Shown here piece by piece: positions 38,425 through 52,775 of a stretch of DNA of 64,000 nucleotides. A program made the position numbers and the translations under genes. Below the pieces are notes generated by a model. The model was not told where the DNA came from and made no database searches. It saw only the letters and a list, made by a program, of their open reading frames with translations. This DNA comes from Sphagnum compactum (Eukaryota). The stretch covers positions 3,906,001 through 3,970,000 of the forward strand of contig OZ234493.1 of NCBI GenBank assembly GCA_965153455.1, in the 5' to 3' direction. The first letter of the stretch is position 1, and each line of letters starts with the position of its first letter.

Positions 38425-39732
38425 TGTTGGCATCTCAAATCCAAAGGCCATGAGATTGACGTGGCGTATGCCAATTGGTGTCGTTATAGGAGATTGTATT
38501 GGCATTTCGAATCCAAAGGCCATGAGATTGACGTGGCGTATGCCAATTGGTGTCGTTATAGGAGATTGTATTGGCATTTCGAATCCAAAGGCCATGAGAT
38601 TGACGTGGCGTATGCCAAAATTGGTTCGTTATAGGAGACTGTATTGGCATCTCGAATCCAAAGGCCATGAGATTGACGTGGCATATGCCAATTGGTTGGA
38701 TAGGCAACTCACCCTTGCTTTTGTTGGCATCTCAATCCAAAGACATTAGATATGATGTGGCCTATTTTTTGCCTAGTGGGTTTTGTTGAGGGGCTTAGTA
38801 ACGACCTTTTTTTTGGGTTGGCATCTCGATTGAAAGGCCATGAAATTGGATGTGGCATATTTTGCCTATTCATGGGTTGTTTATTGGCTCACTTTTCACA
38901 ACCTTATTTTGTTGGCATCTCAATCCAAAGGCCACACAAGATTGGTGTGGTGTATTTGCATGTTGGGTTGTTAGAGGCCAACAACCTTAGTTTCTTGGCA
39001 TCTCAATCCAAATGCCAAGAGACTGGTGTGGTATATATTGCATGTTGGGTTGTTATCATGGGCCAACTACATAGTTTTGCTAGCATCTCAATCCAAAGGC
39101 CATGAGACCGGTGTGGTATAATTTTGCATGTTGGGTTGTTATAGGCCAACCACCTTATTTTTGTTGGCATCTCAATCCAAAGGCCATGAAATTGACATGG
39201 CATAATGTCTATTGGCATCTCAATCCAAAGGCCATGATATTGACATGGCATAATATCTATTGGCATCTCAATCCAAAGGCCATGATATTGATATGGCATG
39301 ATGTCTTTTGGCATCTCAATTTAAAGGTCATGAGATGGATCGATCATGGCATATGCCAAAGTTGGGTTGGTGTGGGCCAATGACCTCTTCTTTTTTTTTT
39401 TGGCAATCCAAAGGCCATCATGAGATTGATGTGATTTATGTCTATTGGGTTGTTGTGGGCCAATGACCTTATTTTGATGGCATCTCAATCCAATGGCAAT
39501 GAGATGGATATTGTGTTGGGTTGTTGCGGGTCATACCCTTTTTTTTTTGGGCATCTCAATCGAAAGGCCATAAGATGGACATGGAATATTTTGCCTATGG
39601 GGTTGTTATGGGACAACAATGACTATCTTTTGTTGACATCTCAATCCAAAGTGCATGAGATTGACATAGCATGTGCCTATTGGGTTGATGTGGGCCAAGG
39701 ACCTCGATTTTTTGGCATCTCAATCCAAAGTT
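38425..39732. repeat. ~18-copy tandem array with conserved core TTGGCATCTCAATCCAAAGGCCATGAGATTGA and unit lengths of ~48-95 bp
   Basis: The first three units are near-identical 66-mers. Later units keep the core but differ in the intervening sequence. Confidence 0.95.
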
Positions 39733-42659
39733 CCATTCTTCACAAGTTCTCAATCTAGATGGACTTGAGAGATATTTGGATGATAAATTTGTGGAAATTT
39801 GTATGCATTTTTTTATTTAAAAGGGATGACAATTAGCTTGTTGTTGAAAACACATGACACACCTCACAAACGAGCATTTTTTTTATGGTTGGGTCTTTGG
39901 GATGGATGCATGTGAAGCATAACTCTTAATTTGATTTACGCATTCACCTTTTAAATGTAATTATGTAGTGGATGAGTGGAACTATATGTTATCGTTATTT
40001 TAGGAAATGGTTATTATATCAAAAACAACATAGTTTAAAAACTATTTGGTTACTTATTATAATTGGATTTCTCCAAAGTGGGTATGCATTCCACCTCTCA
40101 AACACACCTAGTTAAATCCATGTTGAACATATTTATAACATGGTTGTGTTATTTGACTGTAACATTTAAAATATTTTTTTGTTGCATTATTTTGTAATTT
40201 TGAATTTTTGTCAAACACAAGATAAATATATTTTGCATCTTTTTATTCATGCTCTAATTGATTTTCTATAATTTAAATTGTTTGAACTTTTGTTTCATAT
40301 AACGAGAATTCTTGAAATGCTTGTTAATTTTTGTAACTTCTTATAAAGGTGTATAATCTTGCATTTGAATTGATGAACCCTTGTGTACACAAGGTTTATA
40401 TGGTTTATTTATAGACAAGTGTGAGGCAAACAATGAAAAACAAATAAAATTGAATAAACAACACACTTTCACATCTCTCTCTAATTTGCGATGCCTTTCA
40501 TGGTTTTTAGTTAACTTATCAATCCAAATGTGAGTCTACATCTTTGTTTTTCTATAATTCTTTATATATGGTTGTTGGATGGTGGATAGGCTGGTATATA
40601 ATATGCTCCTAGAAATTTAAACATGGTGACGCAAGGTACACAAATGTTTTACCAATTCCTATTATTACTATTCAAGCTACTATGCTTGCCATGAAGCCTA
40701 AGAAATTTCACCAAGTCATGCAAGAAAATGACATTGATGCTTTGGTTTATCAAGAAAATGAAGGTATGTTTGCACAGTTTCACCAATCTATTTTGGATAT
40801 GAGCCATTGGACCCGTGATTTGTTGGATGCCACTATTGACACTACATGATTAAAATAGTTTTCTCTTATGTTTATTTGTGGCTTTAGGTCCTTCGACCAT
40901 CTAAATTATGAGGAAAAAATAATTTGATATGTTGGATGAAATTGATGATAACATGATATTGTGATACATGTTGATTCCATCATCATTGAAAAAAACATGT
41001 TAATGATGATTCCATCAAAGATCTAGATAATAAATTTGTTTTTACCAATGCTAGCAAGTCCCCTACTCAACTAAATCCAAATAATCTTGCACACTCAATG
41101 ATGTTTATTAGATTTAAGTCAATAGTTACAATTTTTTTTATTCCAAAAACTAAGTTGGCGTGTATCCAAGAATTTTGTGATGAAATGGCTACAACACAAT
41201 TTGCATATTTTTATAATACCAATAATCAAGTTGCTTACAAATGACCAATTGCACCAATCCTACCTCTAAGACATGTGGAGCTTCAAGTTTCTACTAAGAA
41301 ACATATGATATGGTTGTTGAACAACATCAATTTTTGTGCCCCTATTTTAGTGTAAATGTGGTAGACAAGAGCATGTTTATATGATGATATCATTGAAACA
41401 TGTTGAACCCAAGTGCTTAATGGTAATTGACCATTAAAAGGTGAAAAACCATTGGTCAATCCCTTTCCTTTGGTCCTCTTTTACCACAATAAATTGTCGA
41501 CGATGTGATAATTGGCACAAGGCAAGACTTGTCCATTAATTTCCACTAGAATGTTAAGCATCAACAAAATTGATGGAATTGCAAAAGCTTTTTATGAGGT
41601 GCACATGCCTTCCTAATAATAAATAAACAACATGCAAAGGTTCCATTATAAGGGTTGGCCATGTGATTTTGTTCATGGTCAACATTTGTATGTCTTTTTT
41701 CGAAGCCAATCTTTCATCCCTTATCATGGGTAGGTTTTATTATTTTTGCAAGGAAATGAAAAATACTAGTTATGAAACTACAATGGCAATAATCACCTTT
41801 TATTTTGTTAGAAAGATGATGGTTGAAGCAACAAATGAATTTGTTGTCAATCCCCAGGTACCACATTATTGGCAAAAAAATTAAGGGTGGTGATGGAATA
41901 TGAAAGATTGAATAGTTGATGAAACCACTTTCAACAATTGTTTTTCACTATGTGGTCTTTTCGTTCTTGCCAGAAGGAGCCCAAATTCAAACTCGAGTGA
42001 AAGCATGGTCGAGTGGTTCATTTTTAATGTCACAACGGTGATTTCTACAAGGTGCATTGTGTTTAAATGCTTGTGATGAATAACATAATTTTCAATTTGT
42101 CAATTAACAATTGATAGTACATTAACATGATGATTGTGTATAATTATATGTATAATTATGTATATGTATAATTATTTTTTGAAAACAATGCATTCATTAT
42201 CAATAATGGACTTTTGAAGTTCAAAAATATGGATTGGTTGACTAACTAGATTGTTATTAAATTGAAGAATTCATATTAAATTTCATTCCAAAAAATTTTA
42301 TAGTGATTAAATATGCTTTGATTTGAATAATAAAATTAAGTGTGAAATCATTTTCTTTCAAAATTTAACCAAATGGTAGCTAGTTATGTACTTTTAAAGG
42401 GTCAAAATTGGACTTTATTTGCAAAAGCCTTTTTTAAATGGATTTTTTAATTCCTCAAAAAAAAATTGTGCCTAATTAACATGTTTTAAAAATCTCTATT
42501 AACTTTTTCTTTCACTCATATGGATTTTATAGCTTTTCCTTTTATAATTTCCAAGAAGCATCCACCATAACATATGAAATCATTAATTGTTTATATAGGT
42601 TTTGACTTATGTTTAGAAGGTTTCTTAAGTGGTTGAACAAAACTCCCAATTGTGTCTAC

Positions 42660-43500
42660 TAATTACCATACATTATGAGTATTTTTAAACTCCACCAACT
42701 CTCTTATGGATGGTCTACCAATGATCATGAATTTATTATTCTTGCTAAATTCATTTGTGTGGCTTCCCTGGCCTTGAACCTAATCATGAAGGAATGGGCC
42801 AAATTGCATTTTAGCGTTTATACGAATTTTATGAAAGTTAACATTTATATAATTTGGTTTATTGATTTATATTTGACTTTCTCATTAACCTACTGAAGCA
42901 CATTCATAATATTTTCATGGTAAACATGCCCACTGCTATGAGGCAATCCCCTTGATTGAAACAGACAACTTAGGCGATGTTATTTTATGGGTGATTAATA
43001 CCACCTTTGATCACTAATGCCTTTCAAAGCACATTCGTGAACTAATTTTATGGGTCAAATTAAATTCATGGAAGCAAAAATGTGACCGAGCTAAATGGTC
43101 TAATTATAAACCAAAAGGTGTTCATTGGATTGGGTTTAACAACATAAGATTAAATGCAATTAATATTTGGTTGATGAACCATTCATTTACCTTGTTAGGA
43201 AGCAAAGTTTGGAAACAAATAGTTAAAATCCCAATGGGATTTTCTTGCTCACAAAGTTCGTGTAATTTATAATTTATTGTTTTATAAATGTAAATTCATC
43301 CAAAGGTTGGCAAAATTGGGGAAAGTTTTTGATATGGAAAAAATCAAATACATTTTAAAATATACTTATGATATTTGTTAGATCAATATAAGTGATGCTA
43401 CCCAATTTTTGGACCCTATTGCTTTTAAAAATGAAAATAATCCATTTTGGATTTACCCCTTCCAAGTTGTGGAAATCAAAACAAAGATTGATGTTTTTCT
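42660..43500 (+). mobile_element. Decayed Penelope-like element (PLE) reverse transcriptase
   Basis: Ordered RT motifs across frameshifts: LPYIMSIFKLHQ (PKLHK-like), IWFID, HCYEAIPL (D..LYTxIP-like), KVWKQIVKIPMGFSCSQSSCNL (QxxGxPMG..S...NL) and FKIYL*YL/YTYDIC (decayed YxDD). Confidence 0.65.
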
Positions 43501-46500
43501 ATTATGACATTAAGGCCCATTTAATGAGTTTTGATATCAAAATAAAGGAGGTGTTTGAAGGGTAAAATAATAGTCAAAGGAGCCATCCAAGTGAGTGGAC
43601 ATTCTTTGAAACTGTGTTTTTGTATGTTTGAAATATCATAAGGGAAATATAATAGTTTGGATTGTCATAATTTGTTTTGGAATATTTTTCATTAATTGCA
43701 AAGTGTACATGTTCAAAACTTGACACAAATCAAAAATGTTTTTGCAGGTTGAAAGCACTCAAACCTCAAAAATGAACAGTCCTTGTTTTTTTCAAACGTC
43801 CTTTTTTTCTACCAAATGTGCACCGTTCTTTTTGAAAATTGGAAAGGATTTTAACATTGATGATTAGAAGGGTAAAAGGACTTGAACTGATGAAAATTAT
43901 TTTTACAACCCATTTGAGCACATTTCATTCAAAAGTGTTTTTGACCCTAAAAATTATAGATTGTGAAAATGTGGCTTTAACAAAAGTTGTTCATATATAT
44001 GTGATAGATGGCATGAATGCATAATATACATGATATGAAATCAATTTGTAATCAAAATGTATTCATATGTAAAATGTAGTGCTAAATGGGGTATTCAAAA
44101 TACAAAATTTTAAGTTATAAACCAATGTAGGAATGACATGTGTCATGTGTAATCCTTGGAAAAGGACTTTTACCTTGGCACCTCTGGCTCCTTTGACTGT
44201 GATTTCACCTTGAAAGAAGATTTTGTTTAAAGAATTTTCTTTTACACAATTTGTCAAATTCCATTTTAATTGTCTAGTTTCACATTGTGCACACTTTTTC
44301 TCTTTCTTTCTTGCAAGTTTTTTCTTTCTATGAATGGTCTTGATGGTTGCAAAATTTTCTTCTTTTTCCACAAATTGTAAGTCTACAAAGTCTTTCCATT
44401 CCAAATTTTAGTTTGTTGTTATTTAGGTTGTGGGTGTGAATATGAAGTTACAAGAGGTTGGAGCATGTTGGAATATGCAACAACCAACTTTCCTTACATT
44501 GTTTCTTGTGATTATATACATGTTTAGCTATGCACAATATTTAAAAAAATCAGAAATTTTTTCCTTGCAAAGATTGTTTATTTTCTTACTTTTGCATTAA
44601 ATAGACTCCTTTATTTTCACATTTATGTTAGTATATTTTAATTTTCTCTTAACATTATTCCTCAATTCTGCACTCATCAAATTTTTCCTCTACTTTCACC
44701 TTTATGGTAATTTATTATTTTGTTCTTCTTAGCACTGTTATGCGTTCATTAGACTTTTCCTCTTGTTTCACATGTATGCTAGTATTTTCTATTGTTGCTA
44801 TTAACACTCTTACACTAGATACTAAAATCTTTAAAAAACTTCGGAGCCCTTCTAGCACACTTGTTAATAGGTTAGACATGTTTCTTCCTATTTAAAATGA
44901 GTGAATGACTCAAGTTGAACTTGTCTAAATTTGAGACAATGATGTTCTTGTTTTGGAAGGAAATTATGCAAATATGTATAGGGGGATTTCTTGGGTAATT
45001 TTTAGATTTTTTCAATGTGTCCTTTGATTCATTGTTTGGATTTTTGCAAAGAACATAAATACACATTGCACCCCATAGACTAATTTTACAAGTTAGTTAA
45101 GGTTTTAACGTTTTAACCCTTTGTGGTGATTTTGTATCCTTTTTAATGTAATAAACAACTTCCCACCCCCAAATAGTTTAGATTACATTATGAATTACAA
45201 GATCTATAAATTTGTTTTAGATCACACCTTTAACCAAAACTTGAAATTCCATGCATACAGCTTTATTTCATAGATTTGTGTTATTGTGTGTGCATTGAAC
45301 TAATACAACTAAAAGCACATTAACAAACATTTGCCTCAAATACTGAATTACAAATCTACCCTAAATCACACCCAACACCAAACACTTTTTTTTATATGAC
45401 AAAATACTTTATTTGAATGTATAATATACATCAAACCCATGATTGAGCACATTTAGAATATCCTTGATTGAGATCTTTTGAATTGCCAAAAACATTTTCT
45501 CTCATAAAATGTTTAGTCAAAAGATTTCATTAGAGGAAGATGTTTGGTCGTTTGGCCATGGGTTTTTTGAGCTATTCAAATGTTTGTTGATGGGGGTGTG
45601 TTTGGTGATAAACATAGTTACCTTAGCATGTTAGGAATCATCAACCCTAACAAAAATTAACATAGTTTGTGGAGAATTGTAAATCATTATAAGAAAGTAG
45701 CCAAAAAAACTATGTTATTTTAAATGTGGCAAAATTTTCTCACAAAGTTTTTTGTTTTTGTTCCTATGCTTTAACTTGTGCACACACAAAGAGGTGGTGT
45801 GGATGAGTTAAACTTTCTAACATAGTTCTTGCATTTGTATTCCACATACTACATCTTGAAATGATGTTCATGATTTAGTTTGTATTGCATTGTTTCAACG
45901 TGTGACAACAACAAAATTACTTTAATAATAATTTTCTTGTCCTATATTTTTCATATCATAGTTTTGTTCATATTCTAGGCACACTTCTCCTTTGCAAAAT
46001 GTCTTCGAGTTCATGTCTTAAAGGAATTTATCAAGAGGCAATCTCCATATGGCGCATCAAGGTTGTGCAATTTAGATGGTTCAACATACAATTTGAACTT
46101 TGAACTTTGTTTGGCCATGTAGCACCCCTAAGTCCCCTAGTCATTTCCTAGTTTGTTTTTCAGTTCCCCCCATGTGACGAGTTCTCCTTACCTTGCCCGT
46201 TTGTTCGTTGTTGTCCCCAAGTTGTTATTGCCTACTTTCTTTCCTTTTGTTGGTTCCATAAGTCTTGTTCCCTATCTTGAGAAGAAAGAAAACAATGACT
46301 ACACATACTTGAGAATTTAGTTGTTGCTCAGGAGTAATTGATTGATCATATGATTTGCACATTGATGTTGTTTTGAAAGATGTCGTCAAACAACTGAAGT
46401 TTCAACAAAATTCTGAACCTCTAATCCAAAACCATGTCCAAAGTGTGTGTCGTTGGTGTTCCATATGGCATATAACCATAACCTTGCACAAAGTTATTCA

Positions 46501-47456
46501 CATAGCAACTAATCCACATAGTTATATCTAAATGTGATTGATTTCTCTTACCTAGTTGACAATACACATGATGTGAGAAAATTGAATTGAAGAGGATTTA
46601 ATATTGCAGAGCTGACAAGCTTCTCAGCAATCAAGCTGAACTCAAGAGGAAATTCAAAAGAGGGGAAAGACAAACATAAAAGAAGAGACTGAAAAGGACA
46701 TAAATCTGTTCATCGGGAATTGCAAACAAGAAAACAGGAAACTTGAAGAAACAGTTCATGCAAATCAGTGACTAATCTGTTGCAGTATAGAAACCGAATC
46801 AGGTAACTTATCAATTCCACAATGAGAGCATGTTGTTGAGAAAATAGGAAAATTGTGAGTGACTGGTGCACACAGGACCTTTTTTAAGTGCATGAGTTTG
46901 TTTCTATAATATGGGTACAAGAAAGTCACATAATACAAATCTCTGCAGAACCTTTCTGATGCTAAGCATTCTCAAAATCTCCACTGCTCCTTGATTGCTG
47001 GACTTAAAATTGTGACTATCTAAACAATTTGGTGATACTGGGCAGAAAGGGATCGCTACAGCCAATTGCTTAACCATCTGCTATTTACCAAGCATGGCTC
47101 AGAGTTATTGATAGATGTGGAAAAAAAACTTTGCTCATCAAAAATCGGTCAAGGTGCAAGCTCCATCCATCACTCCATCATTCTTACATCTCTACATGGC
47201 TTGCAAGCCATTCTCACTAAAATAGTTGGGCTACCCAATTTTCACTCTCCGGGCAAAACTTGAACCCCTCTTGAAGAAAATTAAAGAGCACAAAAAAATT
47301 GTGTATAGACAAAGTAATATCCCTGTTCTGCCCCTTTGGAGTGAACAGAGTAATGGATGAAAAAGCCACAGAACAGCTGCATCACTCACTACTGTCATTT
47401 TCCCTTTTCATCTCCCTCCACAATCTTCAAACACAGACTTTCTATTGTCCCTGGGT

Positions 47457-50434
47457 TCATTCATCCCCAAAAAGTTCTGCAATCATCCCCTCTGTGGAAA
47501 GAAGCTTATCTCTCTCAAAAGTGGGTGCAATCTCTATCACGGGTTCTCCCCAAATCTCTGCATAATTTGGGTCCGTTTGAGTCGCAGCCTGGCCATCCGT
47601 AAGGGCAGATTGGATGTGAGTGACTGGATCTGCACCCTGCACAGATGGGTATGCGGCGTTAGCCCATTGAGGATGTTCCCATGGAAGTGAGACCTTTCCT
47701 TGTGAAGTACTCCCCTCCTCTGTTGCACAATGCTTGCCCTTCCATTCCACATCCAAATGAAAGGCTTTCTCATCACTCTGTTGAATGTATTGTTTCTGGA
47801 TATCAGCACCTTCATTGTCGTCATCTCCAAGTGATTGGAAGTGTAAAAAATTGCCTGCTGGTCCTTTAGTATGGAGAAAAAGATTTTCTTGTCTTCTAGA
47901 ATTTTGAAGGTGAGTCGCTTTCATCCTGTCAGGATGGACTTCATAAGGATCCCTAAACTCTCCACTTCCATGATCCTCGTGATCAGAATCATCACTGCTG
48001 TCCTCATCACTCTCACTGTCAACAAGCTCCGTCTCATCATCATCACTATCTATTTTTGCACCACTGACCCGGTTTTGGAGAGCACGACGCCGCAACACAA
48101 AAACATTGAAGTAGTAACTAACAAGCTCAGAATGGCTCCTATCTGGGAAGACAGTGGGAAGCTCATCCCAAAAGTTTTTGTTCTGTGAGGGTGGATTGAG
48201 CCGGACAATCGCCTTAAAAGTTCTCTCTTCCTTTTTTGTCCATTGAGTGGCCACACACTCACCCATTTGGTCAAAACCCCACAGTTCAAATGTCTGCCCA
48301 ATCTCGCCAAAGAGCTTCTGACGCTCAGCCTCAATATGCAGCCTCACACACTCCTGTGACCCAGGAACAGGACAGAAACAAGAAGGCTGCCTCCCACGGC
48401 CATCTCTAGATTTATTCACTACCCTTTTACTCTCCGAGAGTGGCCACATTTTGGAACCAAGCCATTTGGTGGAGTCGTAGCTTTCTTCATCGCTGCTTTG
48501 GGTGTCATCATCGCCCCCTGATTTCGCATGGCCACTCTCACCTGAGTAACGTGTGATATCTTGTGACCTCCACGGTAACACATGTGCCTGAAAGTTTGGT
48601 CCTATTGGAACCCTCTTCATTCGGTGGTCAGCAAATGGTGACTGTGAACCATATTGTGCTAATCTCTCTCGAGTGGCTTGTAATTTCTCCTTTGCTTGAG
48701 GCTTTGGTTGAACTGGATCCTCATAATATACAGATGGTGGAGGCAACTGCCTTGCCTGGAAAACATGTCACCCAAAAGGAAAAGAAGGATACTCATGAGA
48801 ACGATGTTTGGTTACAATATGTTGCACAAAGTGCACATGACTGCCCCCATGCAACCTCCACAAAGGTATGGAAATTGGAATTCAGTATATACAAATACCC
48901 TCAGTGCGCAGTTGAGCAAATCTGTGAGCTTGTAACTGTTCTTAGGATGTTCTTATGATGAGAAATTATCCTGTCAATGTTGTAAGGGGATAACACACAT
49001 CCTTCAGTTTAACCTTGAAAGGTTCTTAGGGGAAAAGAAAATGTACTGCACACATGCATATGAGAGTACCTGTATCAGGCAACCATCAGCAGTCTGCAAG
49101 TCCTGCCTCCTCAGCCACAGGACAGAACGTACCCTACCTGCTAATGATTGGAAGGACTGTTCCTGGCACGATCTACCACCACTCTGGTGATGTTGAGAAG
49201 AATCAAGATCTACTGCCATTTCTTTTATCCAGCCAACCATCATATCCAGAGACTTCTCATGCAAAGGCATGGCCTTAGCACTTTGGCCACCCCCCCAGTC
49301 ATTTTGTGTTGGAGTTTGGGTAATATGGTTTAGCCCTGCTTGATTGACTTCACCTCTGCTAGGAATCTGCCGACCCACAAAATCCTCTGATGACAGTTCC
49401 TCATCACAAGTGTCTTTTCGTTCCACCTGAAATTTAAACTCCAATATACGAGGTGCATTGGGTTCCCCTGCATCAGTCGCCAGAGCTTGCAAATCGAAAG
49501 CCGTCACAGTGTCATGAGTTGTCAAGCACTTGGCATACACCAACTTCACACCCGGTCCACAATCTCTGCCAAGTCCCAAATGGTCTGCAATAGTACCCCA
49601 CAACCCAGAATCTGTGACTTTTTTGTATCCACCCAGAAGTCTCACCCATGTGTTGAGTGCAGGAAGGTTGACTTCCTTCTCTCCCATTCGAACAAGAAGA
49701 GGTTTTCCCCCTTTCAGGAGCCAGGCTTCAAGAGTTTTCCTGATGGTTTGAGTGCATGCGGTGGTGCTATCCACACAATCTATCTCTGTTCCTGGGTGCC
49801 AATTAGCCCTATTTACCTCTGTCTTGTCCTCAATGGTGTTTACATCCTGCAGAATTCCAACTTCTCCTGCCCGAGTTTCTAATTGTCTACCATCCAGTGG
49901 CCTCTCCATCACCTGCTTGGAAACTGACTCTGACGCTAGTGAAGGCTCCACACAAGCTATCACAGTGGAAGAAGAGCTTATCTGTTGTGTTGACACATCC
50001 AATGCCCTGTCAAGGCAGCTTTCTTCATTCGGTAAGTTGGCAGAGCTTTCAAGGGTTGCCATCTGACATCCCACACCATCCTGCAAAACTTCATGATCTA
50101 TATGAACTTTCGAGTCATTATGCCATATTTCCTTGCAACCTACTTTTCCACCCACCTCTCCATCACAATGAAAGGGCAAAGTAGATTCAGTGTTGGCAGT
50201 AGTAGCTGGTGTACCACTTGCCAATTCTCTTGCTGACAGCAAATCAGGAATGTCAAGGTGAAGAACATCACAGGCAATTGGCCGTAAGCTGTTGATGACC
50301 ACAGGTGCCTGAATTGAGAAAATTGGGGCAACATCTCCAGTAGATGCTTGTTGCTCCAGAGCAGACTGTCGGAGGTACTTAACAGGTTGTGATGACACAG
50401 AATGCTCAAGTGGACGCTTACATTGACTATTCAT
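47457..50434 (-). CDS. ARID + ELM2 + SANT-like protein (Arabidopsis ARID1/ARID2-type), ~887 aa. Exons 50434-49070, 48755-47457
   Basis: ARID: EVNLPALNTWVRLLGGYKKVTDSGLWGTIADHLG...KLVYAKCL. ELM2: RVPIGPNFQAHV...CFCPVPGSQECVRLH. SANT-like: WTKKEERTF...LVSYYFNVFVLRRR...DSDDDE. One phase-0 GT-AG intron. Confidence 0.92.
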
Positions 50435-52775
50435 TTTGCTCTACACATGCTATCGTTATATGTGCAACTGCACCTACAAATTAGTGCAGTACCACACATA
50501 AGAACCTCTTAGCATGACTGGCCCAATGAACATGGCATCAAGACATATCATCTGGACCATTTCCAGTCAAGGTCTATGAAACTGGATGATAGACATCTCC
50601 AATTTTTTGCCAATCTTAGAGCAATCTAAGAGTCAACCTCAAACTTGAAGAAAGAAGGGTAGACTTTTCCAAATTGTTACCACAGCCCCACAGGTCTGTT
50701 GTAAAAGCCTTTTTAAGTCAAGGCTGTCCACCTGGCATTCAACCCTAGTTCCCACAACCATCTGGTCTCTGCAACAGACACACACACACATCTACTCATC
50801 AATTGCATCCCAGGAGAAAGGCAGAGAAAAAAGTATTGAAAATATCTTGGTGGAACAATAAGCACACTGGAGGCATTCAGAAATCAAGACTGATCACTGT
50901 GACTGTGAACACCCAATCACCCAGTTCCTCCTGCAAACAATCACAAGCATAATTCTGGTTACACAATTCACTGTGGATGGTAAAGAATTCAAACAGCCAA
51001 AAATAAGACAAGGATTGCTAATGTGAAGTGATACCTCAGAGGAGGAGGTCGTGGATTTTAAGCTTGAAGAATTGAGAAAGTCCTCATAGACAGGAAGAAC
51101 ACATAAGTACACACACTGTATCCAGTGTCCAACTACACAGTTAAGAAGTATCTGTTTGAGTAATGACTACGCCCGTCTCAGTTTTTTTTGCAGCCCTTTT
51201 AAACCTGCACATGAACCATAAGATGGTAAAATGAGACTGAAGTTTGCAAAGAAATTGACATGCTGAATCATAAAATCACACATTGCATTGACACATAAAG
51301 AGGAAGAGCTGCATCCAATGACCTGCATGCAACTCCTAAATACAATTATCTATCTTGTCTTTACCCATAAGGCGACTGCTGTCATCATCAAATATGGATG
51401 GGCTTGCAGACTGCCTGGAACAGAAAAAAATCGGTAGCACAAATCTAACCCTTGGATCTTGGAAGCACCCTAGGTTCCCATGCTTTGAATGAACTGAGGA
51501 TTAACTGAGAAGGAACCTCCACTAGGGTTGGGCTGACTAAGTCCAAGTAGCAAGAAGAAACACACCATGTCTTGCCAAAAAACATGCACAAATCTTCACC
51601 CATACAGCTACTTTTCTGCTGGATTCGGAAGATGGGCAGTTTTCTAACAGCTGAAACCGGAGTACCAAGATTGCTCACAATCATATGCTGAGGACTTGTG
51701 AGCCCCTAGGCTTCGAACACCATATGTATAGCTACCAGAAGGCACGCACATTGTTTCAAACAACCATAACAGAAGATTGCTCCGAATCTTATGCCGCATT
51801 CTCTTAGGAGGCCCCCCATGGCTTTCACATTATGAATCACCGATATATATGATACAAGCCTTTTTCCCCTTCCTCCCTTGATCCTTCATGCCCTTCCCCG
51901 CCAGAGAAGAGACAGATCTAGATATTGAGTCATGACTCAACTGCTAACATCGAGTCAACCGCCAGTCGCACAGAGGAGGGAAGATGGTTCAATATACAAT
52001 AGGGCACCTATGCATTTAATGCTTGCAAATGCAAACACAGACCCACAAAACAAAAACAGGCACATACAATAATAGGGAAACAAAATCTCACATGGCATAC
52101 ACACGGGAAGGTAGAATCGTTGCGAGGGAGCCAGGCGCGCACGCTGATCATCATCTCCAGCTCCCAGCATCACCCATACACTTCATTTATTTAGGGTTTC
52201 GAGCGCCAAACCCTAATCCCATGAGAACCAAACCCTAACCACAAACAAGATGAAGAAAACGAAGACAAAAAAAAAACAAGAAAGACAAAGAAGACCAAGA
52301 AGAGGAAGTCGTCGACGACGACGAAGAAGAAGAAGAAGAAGAAGAAGAAGAAGATGATGATGATGATGATGAAAACAGAACAGAAATTCTTAAGATCCAG
52401 AAGGGTTAAAAAACCAAAGTTTTTAAAAAAAAATTTGATCTTAAGGTTTTTGGATTTTTTAAAGTCTTGTTTCTTTTCTGTGGAGAGCTGTAATGGGTTG
52501 TAAGAGTAAAAATTGGGTGTGCTTTTTGTTTGTGTGCGTGTGTGTACGCTCAAGGAAAAAAAGGAGTTGGGAGTGAAAGAGAGAGAGAGAGAGAAGAAGC
52601 ACAAGAAGCAACAGACGAAAAACAAGCCACTTTTTCGGTCAAGTCCAAATTTTCTGGTTGTGTTGTGCAGGACTGCAATTAGACCTAATAATTGATTTGA
52701 TTCACAGGCAGGCAGGCAGGCAGGCAGGAGATGGTAGGTACCTACCTACCTACCTACCTACCTACCTACCCTTTG

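Noticed and set aside
38425-39732. CRISPR array
   Set aside because: Eukaryotic context, no cas genes, and the spacers are homologous to each other and variable in length. It is a minisatellite.
38003-39758. Long ORFs (248 aa, 165 aa, etc.) with repeated peptides
   Set aside because: They arise from the 66-bp and 48-bp repeat periodicity and overlap the FLX-like leader/promoter. No domain is recognisable.
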